Assembly: GCF_002113885.1 (NCBI RefSeq)
Contig: NW_018408623.1
Coordinates: 1,360,221 to 1,424,220 of the forward strand
From: Mizuhopecten yessoensis
Taxonomy: Eukaryota
DNA: 64,000 bases
Reading direction: 5' to 3'
The translations under genes and the position numbers were made by a program. The notes beneath the pieces are model-generated. The model made no database searches. It was not told where the DNA came from and saw nothing but the letters and a program-made list of their open reading frames with translations. Positions 26,506 through 40,057 of the stretch are shown here, in pieces. Positions within the stretch are counted from its first letter, which is position 1, and every line of letters starts with the position of its first letter.

Positions 26506-27913
26506 TTTAGTTGAACGCTATGAATAGTGTGATAACTGATATGTTTTTGTGTTAGTTAGGTGTTATGGACAGATATTATTATACAATGTTCACCTGAAGA
26601 GTCCTTTGTACCAGACTTAGCACTACCCGTAGTGTAGTGATGGTTGTTTAGTGTGGTGTTTTATCACGTTTCACATTTCCAGAAGCAATGTAGTACATGC
26701 TAAGTGTAAGTAACCTCTGTAACTTGATCAGTAAAGCTTTTAAACGATGTTCTGAAGTCTGATGACAGTAAAACCTTGAGACTATTGACATGTGTGCCAT
26801 TTGGGGCGGCCAGATGTTCAGTTAATACACAAGATGACACCTGTTCCGATGCCAATCCTTGCATTATCTGATTACAGGCGGCTGCATTTTGGACACAACA
26901 CTACGGTTTTGTTGTAGCGTACATACATACAATATCAATTAACCATCTTGTTACACCTAAAACAAGACTGGTAAGCTCCCCGCAGTAATTACCTGTGATA
27001 GTGGTACTTATTAGACTATAATTTCAATGATGGCCTCGGTCAACCACATACATGCAAAGGTGGACCTCCGGCAGAATAACCCACAAAGCTTTGCCTGTTT
27101 ATTACCAGGTTTCAAAATGGCCAATTTTCAAAGTAGATGATATCATTAACCACACGATTCCGTACAAAAGCTATTCACATCGACCTTAGGCCTTTGGTTA
27201 ACAGTTCTATTGACATTTTTGACATCATTGCCATGGTTACGACTTACTTTCATGCAGGTTCTGTGTTAGATTAGATTAAGTTAACGTTCAATGGCATTTT
27301 GGGTTTTATTTGATTTCTAGCGCTGAGGGTTTTCTAATTCGCACACAAACTATACTTGAAGTTGTGGTTTTTGAGGACAACTGGAACGTCCACATCAATG
27401 ATATGTTCACCTTTACTAACCAGTATTCTGTGGTTGTGGTTTTCAGAAGAAAACCACTACAGCTTCCACGTCAATGATGTGTTTTCATTCACAGACACTT
27501 TGTACTGTAATGTTTCAGTGGTTCGTAAGAACTACTTATTTTTCCACATCAGCAATAGAAATGATCACCATGTTAATTGAGGGTATGTTTTTGTCTCCCT
27601 GAAATGCGCTTTGACTTTTTGGGTTCAAAGACATGTCTGTTTGACCTGTGTTTTGACTTGCAATATTTCAGGGAAAATGTAATTTGACTTCTGAAATATC
27701 TAAATGTCACGGGTCAGCTGAAAGCCCTGAAAAGGCACAATTGCATTATGAAGTAAAAATGATATGAATTTCTGGTTGGTGCCACAAGAAGACCAGGCAA
27801 AGTGTGTAAGAATACGTTTATTTGAACTCCCAACGTGTCCACCAAGCATCTGAACACCTACAGAAGTCTACAGCCTTGATCAAATCATTGTTGGCTGATT
27901 AACATGTAAGTAT

Positions 27914-28125
27914 GGAGTGGTCGGGTGACACAGGGGATGACAAACTCGCCTTTCACAAAGGCGGCCTGGGTTCAACTCCCTGATCAGATGTGGAAAGGTA
28001 TGGGGTCGCATGGCATGGGTTTTCCCCTGGTACTTGGGGTGACTCCATAAATAAGACCCTTGTCGGGCTACAATCTGGGCCAACAATAGTGATAAATTTA
28101 AGTTATTAAACTTGTTTCATAAACG
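27914..28125 (+). mobile_element. tRNA-derived V-domain SINE (bivalve V-SINE-like), diverged
   Basis: cgcctttcac...ggcggcctGGGTTCAACTCcc B box, then gggttttcccctggtact (V-domain-like GGGTTTTCTCCGGGTACTCCGG) and an AT-rich tail; homologous inverted copy at 43381-43588. Confidence 0.75.
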
Positions 28126-28165
28126 GATGAGGTGGAGGAACTTTCAGATCTTATATTTTTGTACA

Positions 28166-28430
28166 TATGGTCAAAGCTGTATTACCAGACCACCATTGGA
28201 AAGTTTAAAAAAGTGGTCTTTTAACACAGATTCTTAAAACTGGTTCAAATCACAAGGAAATCACTTCAATAGGGAAATTTTAAGTGATACCTAAACACAT
28301 GTGGTCTCTTAATCCTTTCACCCCTATGTAACTTTAGTAGACTCTACCATGCATTGATCTGAATGAGTCCATTTTGGTCTACAGTGGTAAAAGTTGTAAT
28401 GGAAGTGGTTGCATGATCAGATTTGACTTA
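28166..28430. mobile_element. Degraded pogo/Tigger-like MITE carrying a nested TTAA MITE
   Basis: Ends tatggtcaaagctgt / cagatttgactta resemble TACAGTCAAACCTG TIRs; internal GACCAC/GTGGTC motifs. Confidence 0.6.
28309..28399. mobile_element. Diverged ~90-bp TTAA MITE related to 22146-22236
   Basis: TTAAtcctttcacccct ... agtggtaaaagttgTAA; same length and layout (inner gactc...gagtc inverted pair). Confidence 0.6.
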
Positions 28431-29148
28431 ACCTTGTCAGGTTACAGATGACCTTGCTATATACATGTACTTCTTTTGGGATAATAATCTTCATAGTGCT
28501 AAGCCTTACTCTACCTGAACTACACACGGAAAATCCACAATAATTCAAAAACTCCAAAGCATCATGGGAAGTATGTTCCAAAATGGAAATGATTGTCTAC
28601 CATCTTAATTTATATGTTCCAGCTATGAGATCAGCTTCCTGATATTATTTGATATAAATACTGAAATATTTTTATATAATTACTCACCCAAGGTTGTATT
28701 TGGTTTATATATAGCATTTCAATAACATCAGAATCGTGATCGTAAATGGGAACAACATGGGGTTCATTTTAAACGTTCCAAGATAATGTAACAATGATGT
28801 ATCGAGAAATGATGCCAAAAAATTTGGTTTGGAAATTTCAGTTTTCAAAATTATCCTTTAGGCATGGATAAACAATGTCATGTTTTGCAACAAGGCAAGG
28901 ACAAAACTGAAGAGACGAAGAAGAATTGGAGTCCTTCAGAGCACCATTTGCTATAGTAAGATTTATATCTACTTGATGTACCAGTGTAAGAAAAAAAAGT
29001 GGGATAGATGTGTGTATTGCACAGGCCCTCTCAACTGGTGGTGTATTTATAGCCGAGGCATTGGAACATGTGTTTTATTTTGTATGGTGTTACATAAGAT
29101 GGGAAGAGGCCTACTGCTCTGTGTAAAGCTGTGTCAGGGGTAATGGTG

Positions 29149-29243
29149 CACCACCCTATCTGTCAGTGTTCCTACAGGTGACAGGTACAGCTACACCACC
29201 CCATCTGTCAGTGTTCCTATTTCAGGTGACAGGTACAGCTACC
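29149..29243. repeat. ~45-49-bp tandem duplication
   Basis: caccacc..atctgtcagtgttccta..caggtgacaggtacagcta twice. Confidence 0.85.
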
Positions 29244-29590
29244 ACATGAAGTAGTTAGGCCCACTGGTCATGTATCATTGCAATCAGCGATTCTATGCAG
29301 TGCAAACTAGGGGTCTCTTTAATAGTGCAAAACAGGGCATTATTATAAAAAAATTTGGGGTGGGGGTGCAAAATTCCCAATTGACATCCTTGCAATGAGA
29401 AAATCCTCAGTTCTTAAGGCCCCAGCACCCTGTTTCCAAAAAACCTGATAATAGGCCTTAAGACTGGACAATCTTAACAAGTATAGCAAATAGTATGTGT
29501 TGTATAGTAGCTCATCATTATTAATTGCTAGTATCAAAGCTACATCGCTGCCTCTGATATTGTAGTCCAATCATTGCTTCCCATTTTCAC

Positions 29591-31490
29591 TATCACTCCC
29601 CCTAATGTTGTAGCCGATCGTTGGTTACCAATTTCACAACTATCACTCCCCCTAATGTTGTAGCCGATCGTTGGTTACCAATTTCACAACTATCACTCCC
29701 CCTAATGTTGTAGCCTATCGTTGGTTACCAATTTCACAACTATCACTCCCCCTAATGTTGTAGCCGATCGTTGGTTACCAATTTCACAACTATCACTCCC
29801 CCTAATGTTGTAGCCGATCGTTGGTTACCAATTTCACAACTATCACTCCCCCTAATGTTGTAGCCGATCGTTGGTTACCAATTTCACAACTATCACTCCC
29901 CCTAATGTTGTAGCCGATCGTTGGTTACCAATTTCACAACTATCACTCCCCCTAATGTTGTAGCCGATCGTTGGTTACCAATTTCACAACTATCACTCCC
30001 CCTAATGTTGTAGCCGATCGTTGGTTACCAATTTCACAACTATCACTCCCCCTAATGTTGTAGCCGATCGTTGGTTACCAATTTCACAACTATCACTCCC
30101 CCTAATGTTGTAGCCGATCGTTGGTTACCAATTTCACAACTATCACTCCCCCTAATGTTGTAGCCGATCGTTGGTTACCAATTTCACAACTATCACTCCC
30201 CCTAATGTTGTAGCCGATCGTTGGTTACCAATTTCACAACTATCACTCCCCCTAATGTTGTAGCCGATCGTTGGTTACCAATTTCACAACTATCACTCCC
30301 CCTAATGTTGTAGCCGATCGTTGGTTACCAATTTCACAACTATCACTCCCCCTAATGTTGTAGCCGATCGTTGGTTACCAATTTCACAACTATCACTCCC
30401 CCTAATGTTGTAGCCGATCGTTGGTTACCAATTTCACAACTATCACTCCCCCTAATGTTGTAGCCGATCGTTGGTTACCAATTTCACAACTATCACTCCC
30501 CCTAATGTTGTAGCCGATCGTTGGTTACCAATTTCACAACTATCACTCCCCCTAATGTTGTAGCCGATCGTTGGTTACCAATTTCACAACTATCACTCCC
30601 CCTAATGTTGTAGCCGATCGTTGGTTACCAATTTCACAACTATCACTCCCCCTAATGTTGTAGCCGATCGTTGGTTACCAATTTCACAACTATCACTCCC
30701 CCTAATGTTGTAGCCGATCGTTGGTTACCAATTTCACAACTATCACTCCCCCTAATGTTGTAGCCGATCGTTGGTTACCAATTTCACAACTATCACTCCC
30801 CCTAATGTTGTAGCCGATCGTTGGTTACCAATTTCACAACTATCACTCCCCCTAATGTTGTAGCCTATCATTGGTTGCTAGTTTCACAACTATCACTCCC
30901 CCTAATGTTGTAGCCTATCATTGGTTGCTAGTTTCACAACTATCACTCCCCCTAATGTTGTAGCCTATCATTGGTTGCTAGTTTCACAACTATCACTCCC
31001 CCTAATGTTGTAGCCTATCATTGGTTGCTAGTTCCACAACTATCATTCCCCCTAATGTTGTAGCCTATCATTGGTTGCTAGTTCCACAACTATCACTCCC
31101 CCTAATGTTGTAGCCTATCATTTGTTGCTAGTTTCACAACTATCACTCCCCCTAATGTTGTAGCCTATCATTGGTTGCTAGTTTCACAACTATCACTCCC
31201 CCTAATGTTGTAGCCTATCATTGGTTGCTAGTTTCACAACTATCACTCCCCCTAATGTTGTAGCCTATCATTGGTTGCTAGTTTCACAACTATCACTCCC
31301 CCTAATGTTGTAGCCTATCATTGGTTGCTAGTTTCACAACTATCACTCCCCCTAATGTTGTAGCCTATCATTGGTTGCTAGTTTCACAACTATCACTCCC
31401 CCTAATGTTGTAGCCTATCATTGGTTGCTAGTTTCACAACTATCACTCCCCCTAATGTTGTAGCCTATCATTGGTTGCTAGTTTCACAGC
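29591..31490. repeat. 50-bp minisatellite, 38 copies in two homogeneous variant blocks
   Basis: Type A tatcactccccctaatgttgtagccgatcgttggttaccaatttcacaac x25 (29591-30840); type B ...tagcctatcattggttgctagtttcacaac x13 (30841-31490). Confidence 0.98.
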
Positions 31491-32356
31491 TACATGTATT
31501 ACTGTCCATTCTATAGTAGAGCATCATTACTAGTTATCTGTTTCACAATTACCAAAGCCTTAAATATTATAGCCCGTCATTGGTTATTGACAGTTTGACA
31601 GTTATCACTGACCCTAGTTTACTATATTGGCGTATCATTGCAACACTTTGTCAGTGTTACATTAATCATTGCCCGTTTTGCAGTCAATACTATCAGATAT
31701 TGTGACTTGGGATATTGTTGGTGAGATTCTCAATGCTATCTATCAATTCAGTATTATAAACCATCGTTGACATGAATCAGGGAACTGTTAGAAATTTGCC
31801 AAGTTGTATTGCATGTGAGATGATGCGTGTTTCCTGGGTATGTGGGTGAGCAGCGACTGATTCCTGTACAGACATGGCCCCTGACATGCTTGTTGTGCAG
31901 TGGAAGTAACAAGACTCATGGGGCACCTGCTCAGGCCAAACAGTTCAGTCTAGTTTGTCATCACTAGAATAATTACATGTTGACTGACATCAACTGCTCC
32001 TTGTCTACAGCCACTGACAGGCAGGGTCTTCATTACAGGATAGGAGACACGTGCTTCAGTCCAAAGTTACTGCCAAATCCTGTACCAAACCTGGTATGGT
32101 GCTGTCAAGGGTCTTCTTCCTTAAATCTCCTATTCTACAGTGTGAATAAAAGAATATGATCCATTTTGTTGGCAGATCATATTCCATAAACAGTCCACAA
32201 TGAATCCCAATAAATGCATTTCTTTACCAGTATGTTACATACATGCTATATTTATATTTGTAGTAGAACAACTGTGTTCTCATTGGATCTGCAACATCAT
32301 TTGTCACAAACAATTTAGAAATAACATTCTCAGGTTTTTGTCATATCGTTTATATA

Positions 32357-32502
32357 GGATCTTACATGAGTTTCCATTTCATATGAGATTTATGAAACGA
32401 GTCTAAGAAATTTTCAATTTAGCGAGGATCTGGCGAGCTAAAACGAAAAATTTGTGACGAGTTTCATAAATTTCATATGAAATGAAAATGAGTGTAAGAT
32501 CC
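32357..32502. mobile_element. 146-bp foldback (palindromic) non-autonomous element, possibly Crypton-associated
   Basis: ggatcttaca..catttcatatga.atttatgaaac..gtc mirrored by gac..gtttcataaat.tcatatgaaatg..tgtaagatcc around a central gcgaggatctggcgagc; no TSD seen. Confidence 0.7.
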
Positions 32503-32809
32503 TTTTGACGTCATGTACTTGTCCTAGGCGTGACGTCACCATTGAAACAATTGGAACTTACAGCCAATCACAGGGCTGATAGGTCATATTACACATACAC
32601 ATGTATGCTATAATATATAGAGAGTTGTTTTTAAATACCCAATATAAAATAAAAGAAATTATTTGAAAATATTTTCTATTTTTAAATTCCTTTCTGTGAT
32701 ATATTCTCTCGGGTTGTATTTGGTAGATTATGTTGTACTTTATGGTAGGTAGTGTACACTTTTTTCTAGGTGTGGTATAATCTTTTTAGTTGTAAATATT
32801 TCTCAATGA

Positions 32810-34380
32810 TTTGAGAGTGGTAAACTTACTATGGTGGTGTATGCCAATATATAATATATGGTAGTGCTTAATGGTATTTATTCTATGGTAATGAAAGTAA
32901 TATACATTCTATGGAAATGAGAGTGGAATACATTTTTATTAGTGTAAATAGTGGTATACATCCTTCAGTAGTTAAGAGTGGTATACTTCCTTTGGTAGTT
33001 TAGAGTGGTATATATCCTATGGTAGTTTTAAAGCGATATACTTCTTATAGTAGGTTAAAGTGGTATACTTCCTATGGTTGATTAGAGTGGTCTTCTTCCT
33101 ATGGTAGTTTAGAGTGGTCTACTTCCTATGGTAGTTTAGAGTGGTCTACTTCCTATGGTAGTTTAGAGTGGTATACTTCCTATGGTTGATTAGAGTGGTA
33201 TACTTCCTATAGTTAATTAGAGTGGTATACTTCCTATGGTTGATTAGAGTGGTATACTTCCTATGTTTGATTAGAGTGGCATACTTCCTATGGTTGATTA
33301 GAGTGGTATACTTCCTATGGTTGATTAGAGTGGTATACTTCCTATAGTTGATTAGAGTGGTATACTTCCTATGGTTGTTTAGAGTGGTATATTTCCTATG
33401 GTTGATTAGAGTGGTATACTTCCTATGGTTGATTAGAGTGGTATACTTCCTATGGTAGTTTAGAGTGGTATACTTCCTATGGTTGATGAGAGTGGTCTAC
33501 TTCCTATGGTAGTTTAGAGTGGTATACTTCCTATGGAAGTTTAGAGTGGTATACTGCCTATGGTTGATTAGAGTGGTATACTTCCTATGGTAGTTTAGAG
33601 TGGTATACTTCCTATGGTTGATTAGAGTGGTAAACTTCCTATGGTAGTTTAGAGTGGTAAACTTCCTATGGTAGTTTAGAGTGGTCTACTTCCTATGGTA
33701 GTTCAGAGTGGTATACTTCCTATGGTTGATTAGAGTGGTATACTTCCTATGGTCTGTTAGAGTGGTCTACTTCCTATGGTAGTTTAGAGTGGTCTACTTC
33801 CTATGGTTGATTAGAGTGGTCTACTTCCTATGGTAGATTAGAGTGGTCTACTTCCTATGGTAGTCTAGAGTGGTATACTACCTATGGTAGATTAGAGTGG
33901 TCTACTTCCTATGGTAGTTTAGAGTGGTATACTTCCTATAGTTGATTAGAGTGGTATACTTCCTATGGTTGATTAGAGTGGTAAACTTCCTATGGTAGTT
34001 TAGAGTGGTATACTTCCTATGGTTGATTAAAGTGGTCTACTTCCTATGGTAGTTTAGAGTGGTAAACTTCCTATGGTAGTTTAGAGTGGTATACTTCCTA
34101 TGGTTGATTAGAGTGGTATACTTCCTATGGTAGTTTAGAGTGGTCTACTTCCTATGATTGTATAGAGAGGTCTACTTCCTATGGTAGTTTAGTGGGATAT
34201 ACTTCCTATGGTTGATTAGAGTGGTATATTTCCTATGGTGTTATATTATAGTATCTTATGATTGTATAGAGAGGTATACTTCCTATGGTAGTTTAGTGGG
34301 ATATACTTCCTATGGTTGATTGGAGTGGTAAACTTCCTATGGTGTTATATTATAGTATCTTATGATTGTATAGAGAGGTA
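32810..34380. repeat. 27-bp minisatellite, about 50 copies, degenerate edges
   Basis: Unit agagtggtatacttcctatgg(ttgatt/tagttt); two interspersed variants. Confidence 0.96.
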
Positions 34381-34647
34381 AGCCCTGTAAAGACAGAGGT
34401 GTAGTGTAGCTGTGATTGTTGATGGGAGAAGATGCTGAATGTTTAATGTGGGGTCACACAAACACCTGATCTGGCTCCGATGGAAAAGCTGCCATTATGG
34501 TTAACCAAGACCATTGTTGTACAGGCATTTGAACCAAGTGCTGTACAAGTCTCCAAACCAAAATAAAGAGATTTTATAATGTCACGTTGACTGTTTCTGG
34601 CTCCTTAGAGATAAAGCTGTAACGACCTGTCAGTCTGAATCGGCATC

Positions 34648-34873
34648 AGGGATAGTGTCACACCACAATGTTTACTGAGTGTAGGGATAGTGTCACACCA
34701 CAATGTTTACTGAATGTAGGGATAGTGTCACACTACAATGTTTAGTGAGTGTAGGGATAGTGTCACACCACAATGTTTACTGAGTGTAGGGATAGTGTCA
34801 CATCACGATGTTTACTTAGTGTAGGGATAATGTCATACCACGATGTTTACTGAGTGTAGGGATAGTGTCACAC
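34648..34873. repeat. 35-bp minisatellite, about 6.5 copies
   Basis: Unit agggatagtgtcacaccacaatgtttactgagtgt. Confidence 0.94.
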
Positions 34874-35512
34874 AGTGAGGTTCTATAGGTTATACCAAAC
34901 ATTTTTAAGTGTAATAGAGATACTTAGGTAAGAACAGGTCAAGAGAGGTGGCAGGCCATATAGATTTATAAATTACGAAATTTCAGTGTCATTTGTTAGG
35001 TTGGTGAAATCAATAATGCCTTCTTTACATTGTCGGATAAAATAAAGTGTTATTTCTTTGCCTTTCACTGAGACAAGGCCAAGAGAAAGTATATATCTTC
35101 ATTACTGTATACCACTCATCCTGCTTTTATCTTTTATTATTGTCAGGACTGACATTTGGTTTATCTATAGGGAGTGAAACAGTGGTGAATTGTGAGAAGC
35201 AGGCTTGGCCAGGTACCTACAGCATGTCCGGGAATACAAGCTTCTGGCCAAGCTCAGATTTTGGATTCCACACGCTATAAATTCAGATTTCTGGGGCACA
35301 GTACTCATAAACATGTTAGAAACTCTAAGAATGAATGTCCAAGAGATGGCTTATCTGCACAGGAAAGAATATAAAGATGTGAATAGGTGGGGATTGTCCT
35401 ACGGTTGTCTCAGTACCACTGCACACATGTACTGTATGATAGGAATCTACCCCCACAAAATGATTACTGTGTGTTTAGAATGGTGAAGATTGTCTATACC
35501 TTCACACAAAGA

Positions 35513-35918
35513 ACTGTATGATAGGTATAGCAGGGTGAATCTGGACCTCCACACACTGTACTGTGTGATAGGAATAGAAGGGAGAATCTGGACCTCCACA
35601 CACAGTACTGTGTGATAGGAATAGTAGGGAGAATCTGGACCTCCACACAAAGTACTGTGTGATAGGTATAGCAGGGTGAATCTGGACCTCCACACACTGT
35701 ACTGTATGATAGGTATAGCAGGGTGAATCTGGACTTCCACACACTGTACTGTGTGATAGGAATAGAAGGGAGAATCTAGACCTCCACACACTGCACTGTG
35801 TGATAGGAATAGTACGGAGAATCTGGACCTCCACACACAGTACTGTATGATAGGAATAGTAGGGAGAATCTGGACCTCCACACACAGTACTGTGTGATAG
35901 GAATAGTAGGGAGAATTT
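35513..35918. repeat. 47-bp minisatellite, about 9 copies
   Basis: Unit tactgtgtgataggaatagtagggagaatctggacctccacacacag. Confidence 0.95.
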
Positions 35919-36740
35919 GGGCTGGGTTATAGGTACTGTTGGTCCATTATTCCTATACCTATTTACCATTTTAGATTAACATCTCCTGGAATAGCACTGT
36001 TTTATATCTTGGTCCCTTCAATCTAGTTTGTCCTCCTCAAAGCTCTTCTTCAAGTGTTTCTGCCTTTGTTATATATGTGTTTATAATTCCACTACATAGC
36101 CCTACTGTACTCTTCCTGATAGCTCCTTTCTTCCTTGTACCCAGTCTTAGTAAAGATGGTATTTCCACTGTTTATCCTTGTATATAGCCCTGGGTTTATT
36201 CAGGGTATCAGTTTACCTTAGATTTTTATCTATAATCAGTAATGTTAGAAAATATATTAAATATATTTGCCCCATAATTTTGCCTTTATTTGCATATCTT
36301 CATTTAAATCTATGCAATGTAGTTGTTGTTAATTATTGATTTGACATTAATGTTTTTTCCTGAAATGTATTTCAATAATTCTACCGATCCTTTTTGGCCC
36401 TGTAGCCATGTCTTTGTATTTTGAGTTGCGTTGCGGATACTGCATTGAACTAGGACACTGTTGCTAGTAGTGCCAGTGTGGTTATCCTGGAATCATTGTT
36501 AGCAATCCCGTGATTGTTTTGGCTGGGGAATTCATTTAAATCAACACTACCTTAACACATTAATATTTCATTTCATTGGCCTTGTCATCCAGTCATACCA
36601 AAAACCAACATGTAGGGAGCTTTTTGTTTCCCCGTTGGGTGCTCCAATATGGACACGGTGCCACAGAAGTGTTTATCGCCATGGTCACTTGGTTCTGTGT
36701 ATCAGACTCAATAACATAATGAGTATATTCCATTTGTCAT

Positions 36741-36918
36741 TGTGTTAGTTAAGGTTATATGCTACATTACACATTATACCTGTGGTTTGTGTTAGAATTA
36801 AGGTTTTATGCTTCCTTATACAGTATACCTGTGATTTCTGTTAGAATGAAGATTATATGCTTCCTTATACATTATACCTGTGATTTGTGTTAAAGTTAAG
36901 GTTATATGCTACCTGTGA
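36741..36918. repeat. ~48-bp tandem repeat, about 3.5 copies
   Basis: tgtgttag..ttaaggttatatgct..cttatacattatacctgtgatt. Confidence 0.8.
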
Positions 36919-39044
36919 TAATTCAGAGATGATGTGGAATTTGACCGGTGTGTGTGTGTATTTTCAACATTTTGTGAAGTTTGTCTTGTAACAAATTCCA
37001 GTCCATTTTAATAAGATCTTAGGAATTTATCTTAATTCATCCATGATAACCTGAAAAATGAAAAATTGATAAAAGTGATTCTTTGTGTTAAAACTGGATG
37101 GGGAAAAATAATTTTATTTATTACCTGTTTTTACAGCTTTTTTCAAGTTTTAGTCTATTTATCCTGTCATGGTTACAGCATAATATTAGTTTTCTTTGAT
37201 ATGCTTTGTTGGACATGGACAGGTCTCCACATTTTATTCCACTCCATTTCCAAGGCATGCGTCCCCTACGTAGCATCAGCCTACCGTGTCCCCCCATACC
37301 TGACACCATTATATAGTTGCTATGTTCACATACCCCTAACAACACCTGCATCCTCTTATGTGAAGATATATAACCCACATATATAAAACACATGTCAGAC
37401 ATTTTCTGGATCATTCCCTTAATACCCAGTGGTAAGTGTATGGTGATTGTGTGTTACCGATGCCTCATCCTATGTCAGATACACTCATTCTCAATCCCCC
37501 CCTCCCCACCCCCTTTCCTTCCCCAACACAATAGAGTCTGCTTTGTTAGACAAAGGAGATAGATTTGTATGTCTCCTTCACAAAATGCGTCAATTCCAGT
37601 CAAATCCGCCGGTCCCTTCACACTATGGAATCTGACTTATCCTTCTCCTCACACAGCAGAGTCGGGTTCGTCGCCTCCCACTCACAGTGCGGACGGATGT
37701 TTCCTCCCCATCACCTACTGGAGTCTTATTTTCCTTTCCCACACACAAAAGAGTCTGGTTTGTCCCTCTTTTCAACATGGAATCTGGTTGGTCAATCCCT
37801 TCACACTATGGTTTGTCTTGACACAAGTTTAATATCGCCACTAGAATTAAATCAGGTATAGTTTGTCTTTATTTATGAAATCAAGTCTGATACAAACATG
37901 TCTTGAAAGTCACTGTTGCAGACTATGATATCTAAAATGAATGTGGTTTGCTGTGTCAAATTTTCAAGGGATAGAAAATGTCACCTGCTTTAACTTTTAA
38001 TCATGTCTCAGCCATCACCATGCTGATGTTTTCACTTTTAAGCTGAACGCCAGAATGAAGACTTAATTGCCTTGCACTGGACTGTTCTAACCACCGGAAC
38101 TACACTAGCGAAGCCAAGACTTGGGGCTACTGTGATCTGGTATAATGGTTCAATGCTGTTAATCAAACAGGATATTATTGTGATGACCTGCTGATTTGCC
38201 TTCAATTAAACCTGATCTTTACTGAGCATAACCATATTAGGGTGTAACAGAGAAAACAAAACAAGCACATTTTTGTATTGTATTAACGATTTATAAAAAA
38301 AAAATGATGCCTTATGGATGTTTTAGAAGATTTCTTAAAATTTACAAATGACTTTGACTTACTTGGCTTTAGAAGATATCTTTGCTATATACCTGCAATT
38401 GGACAACCGACTTAGAGGATTTGACTCTATTTTTGCTTGCGTGATTATTATGACAGATAGTTTGTAATTCTTCAACAAGTGTTTCCCATTTAGAGATTTA
38501 AATATAATAAACATTGACGGCCAATACAACTTCAGTGTCCCCTTTTCCCATTTTTCCTAACAATTGTTTTATCTCCATCAATATTTTGCCACACCCCTTT
38601 GCCACACTCCAAAACTTACCACTGGTTTAAATGTATATTGGTATGGATTATATGAGGAAAAAATGGTTCCTGTTAGTTATTGTCGATTGATAAGTTTGTG
38701 TAGCTGTGTAATAGAGATTATGTTTGTTGTTACTCCTGATTAATACAAAGCAATGTGTGTTGCCACCAGTACCAGTCCTCAGGGTTGTGGAGGTAAGCAG
38801 TATGGAGGGTCATTGGTTAGGAAAGATGAGGATCTCACCAGGGCCGACACACCACAAAGGTCAATGGCAAGGGCTGGACACACCATTCCAGCGTTTTAAT
38901 CAATGATGACAAATATTTAGTCTGTACAGAGGTGAACAACACAATTAATCAAATACCACGGATCTGATAGAGTATAGACACACCTGACCCTGATCCAGGC
39001 TGGACCACAACAGGAGACAGAAAGAGGACAGAGTGTTAGCCAGT

Positions 39045-39386
39045 ACAGAGTGTTGGCCTGTCCATTGCATTGTGTCCGTCTAGCTCTGGACAGAGTATTT
39101 GTCTGTCCATTGTATTGTGTCCGTCCAGCTCTGGACAGAGTATTTGTCTGTCCATTGTATTGTGTCCGTCCAGCTCTGGACAGAGTATTTGTCTGTCCAT
39201 TGTATTGTGTCCGTCCAGCTCTGGACAGAGTATTTGTCTGTCCATTGTATTGTGTCCGTCCAGCTCTGGACAGAGTATTTGTCTGTCCATTGTATTGTGT
39301 CCGTCCAGCTCTGGACAGAGTATTTGTCTGTCCATTGTATTGTGTCCGTCCAGCTCTGGACAGAATGTTCGCCTGTCCATTGTGTC
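39045..39386. repeat. 45-bp minisatellite, about 7.5 copies
   Basis: Unit cagagtatttgtctgtccattgtattgtgtccgtccagctctgga; generates five overlapping 15-aa repeat ORFs. Confidence 0.96.
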
Positions 39387-39780
39387 TAACGTAAAAACGA
39401 AACATTCGGCTGGTCAAATACAATACTGGAAACAACATCAGGCACTTACCTTTCATAGGTCATTTAGCTGGAATTAGGGATCGTATTAAAAATCAGGTCA
39501 TTGTACTTGTCAACTTCTATGAGAGAATATCCATTATTGTATTTAATTGTCCAGAACCTATTGAATTTGATTGTCGAGGACAGAGTCTGCTGGGTGCAGC
39601 CACGAAGGTGTAAAAGAATCCAATCTGTCTAGGAAAACAGATATTTGTTCAGTAGATGCCCAGACGTTATCATGACGTTATGTACTTTTACAGATAATGT
39701 AAGCTTCACTTCACTGTACTTAAGGATGCCCATACCACTGCCAAAAAATGTAGCTAAGTGTTGGAAACTGTTTGTTTCAG

Positions 39781-39857
39781 TGGGGCTAGACTGGGGTTTG
39801 AACACTTGACTTCAGATTGTTATGCTATCGCTCTAACCAATCAGAGCTACCAGCTGG
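39781..39857 (-). pseudogene. Decayed tRNA-like sequence (SINE head or tRNA pseudogene)
   Basis: Minus strand GGTAGCTCTGATTGGTTAGAGCG (A box/D arm) ... GTGTTCAAACCCC (B box); stems do not pair well. Confidence 0.6.
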
Positions 39858-39966
39858 TAAAAGGAAGTGTCCTGGCCCTACCATGCTTCAGGTATATCCA
39901 AAAGGAAGTTAAAGGGAGGTAACTGTATAATATAAGAAAGACCACAGTGCAGTGGAACAAGAACCC

Positions 39967-40057
39967 TTAACTCATTCACCCCTGAAGACACATTTGAACT
40001 CTTCCAATTCAAATGTTGGAATAGTTCAGTATGAAATTTCAGAGGCGTATGAGTTAA
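39967..40057. mobile_element. Short TTAA-flanked MITE, copy 2
   Basis: Near-identical to 22146-22236, same orientation, different flanks. Confidence 0.9.

Noticed and set aside
39781-39857. Functional tRNA gene
   Set aside because: Acceptor and anticodon stems do not pair and the T-loop is altered (GTGTTCAAA)
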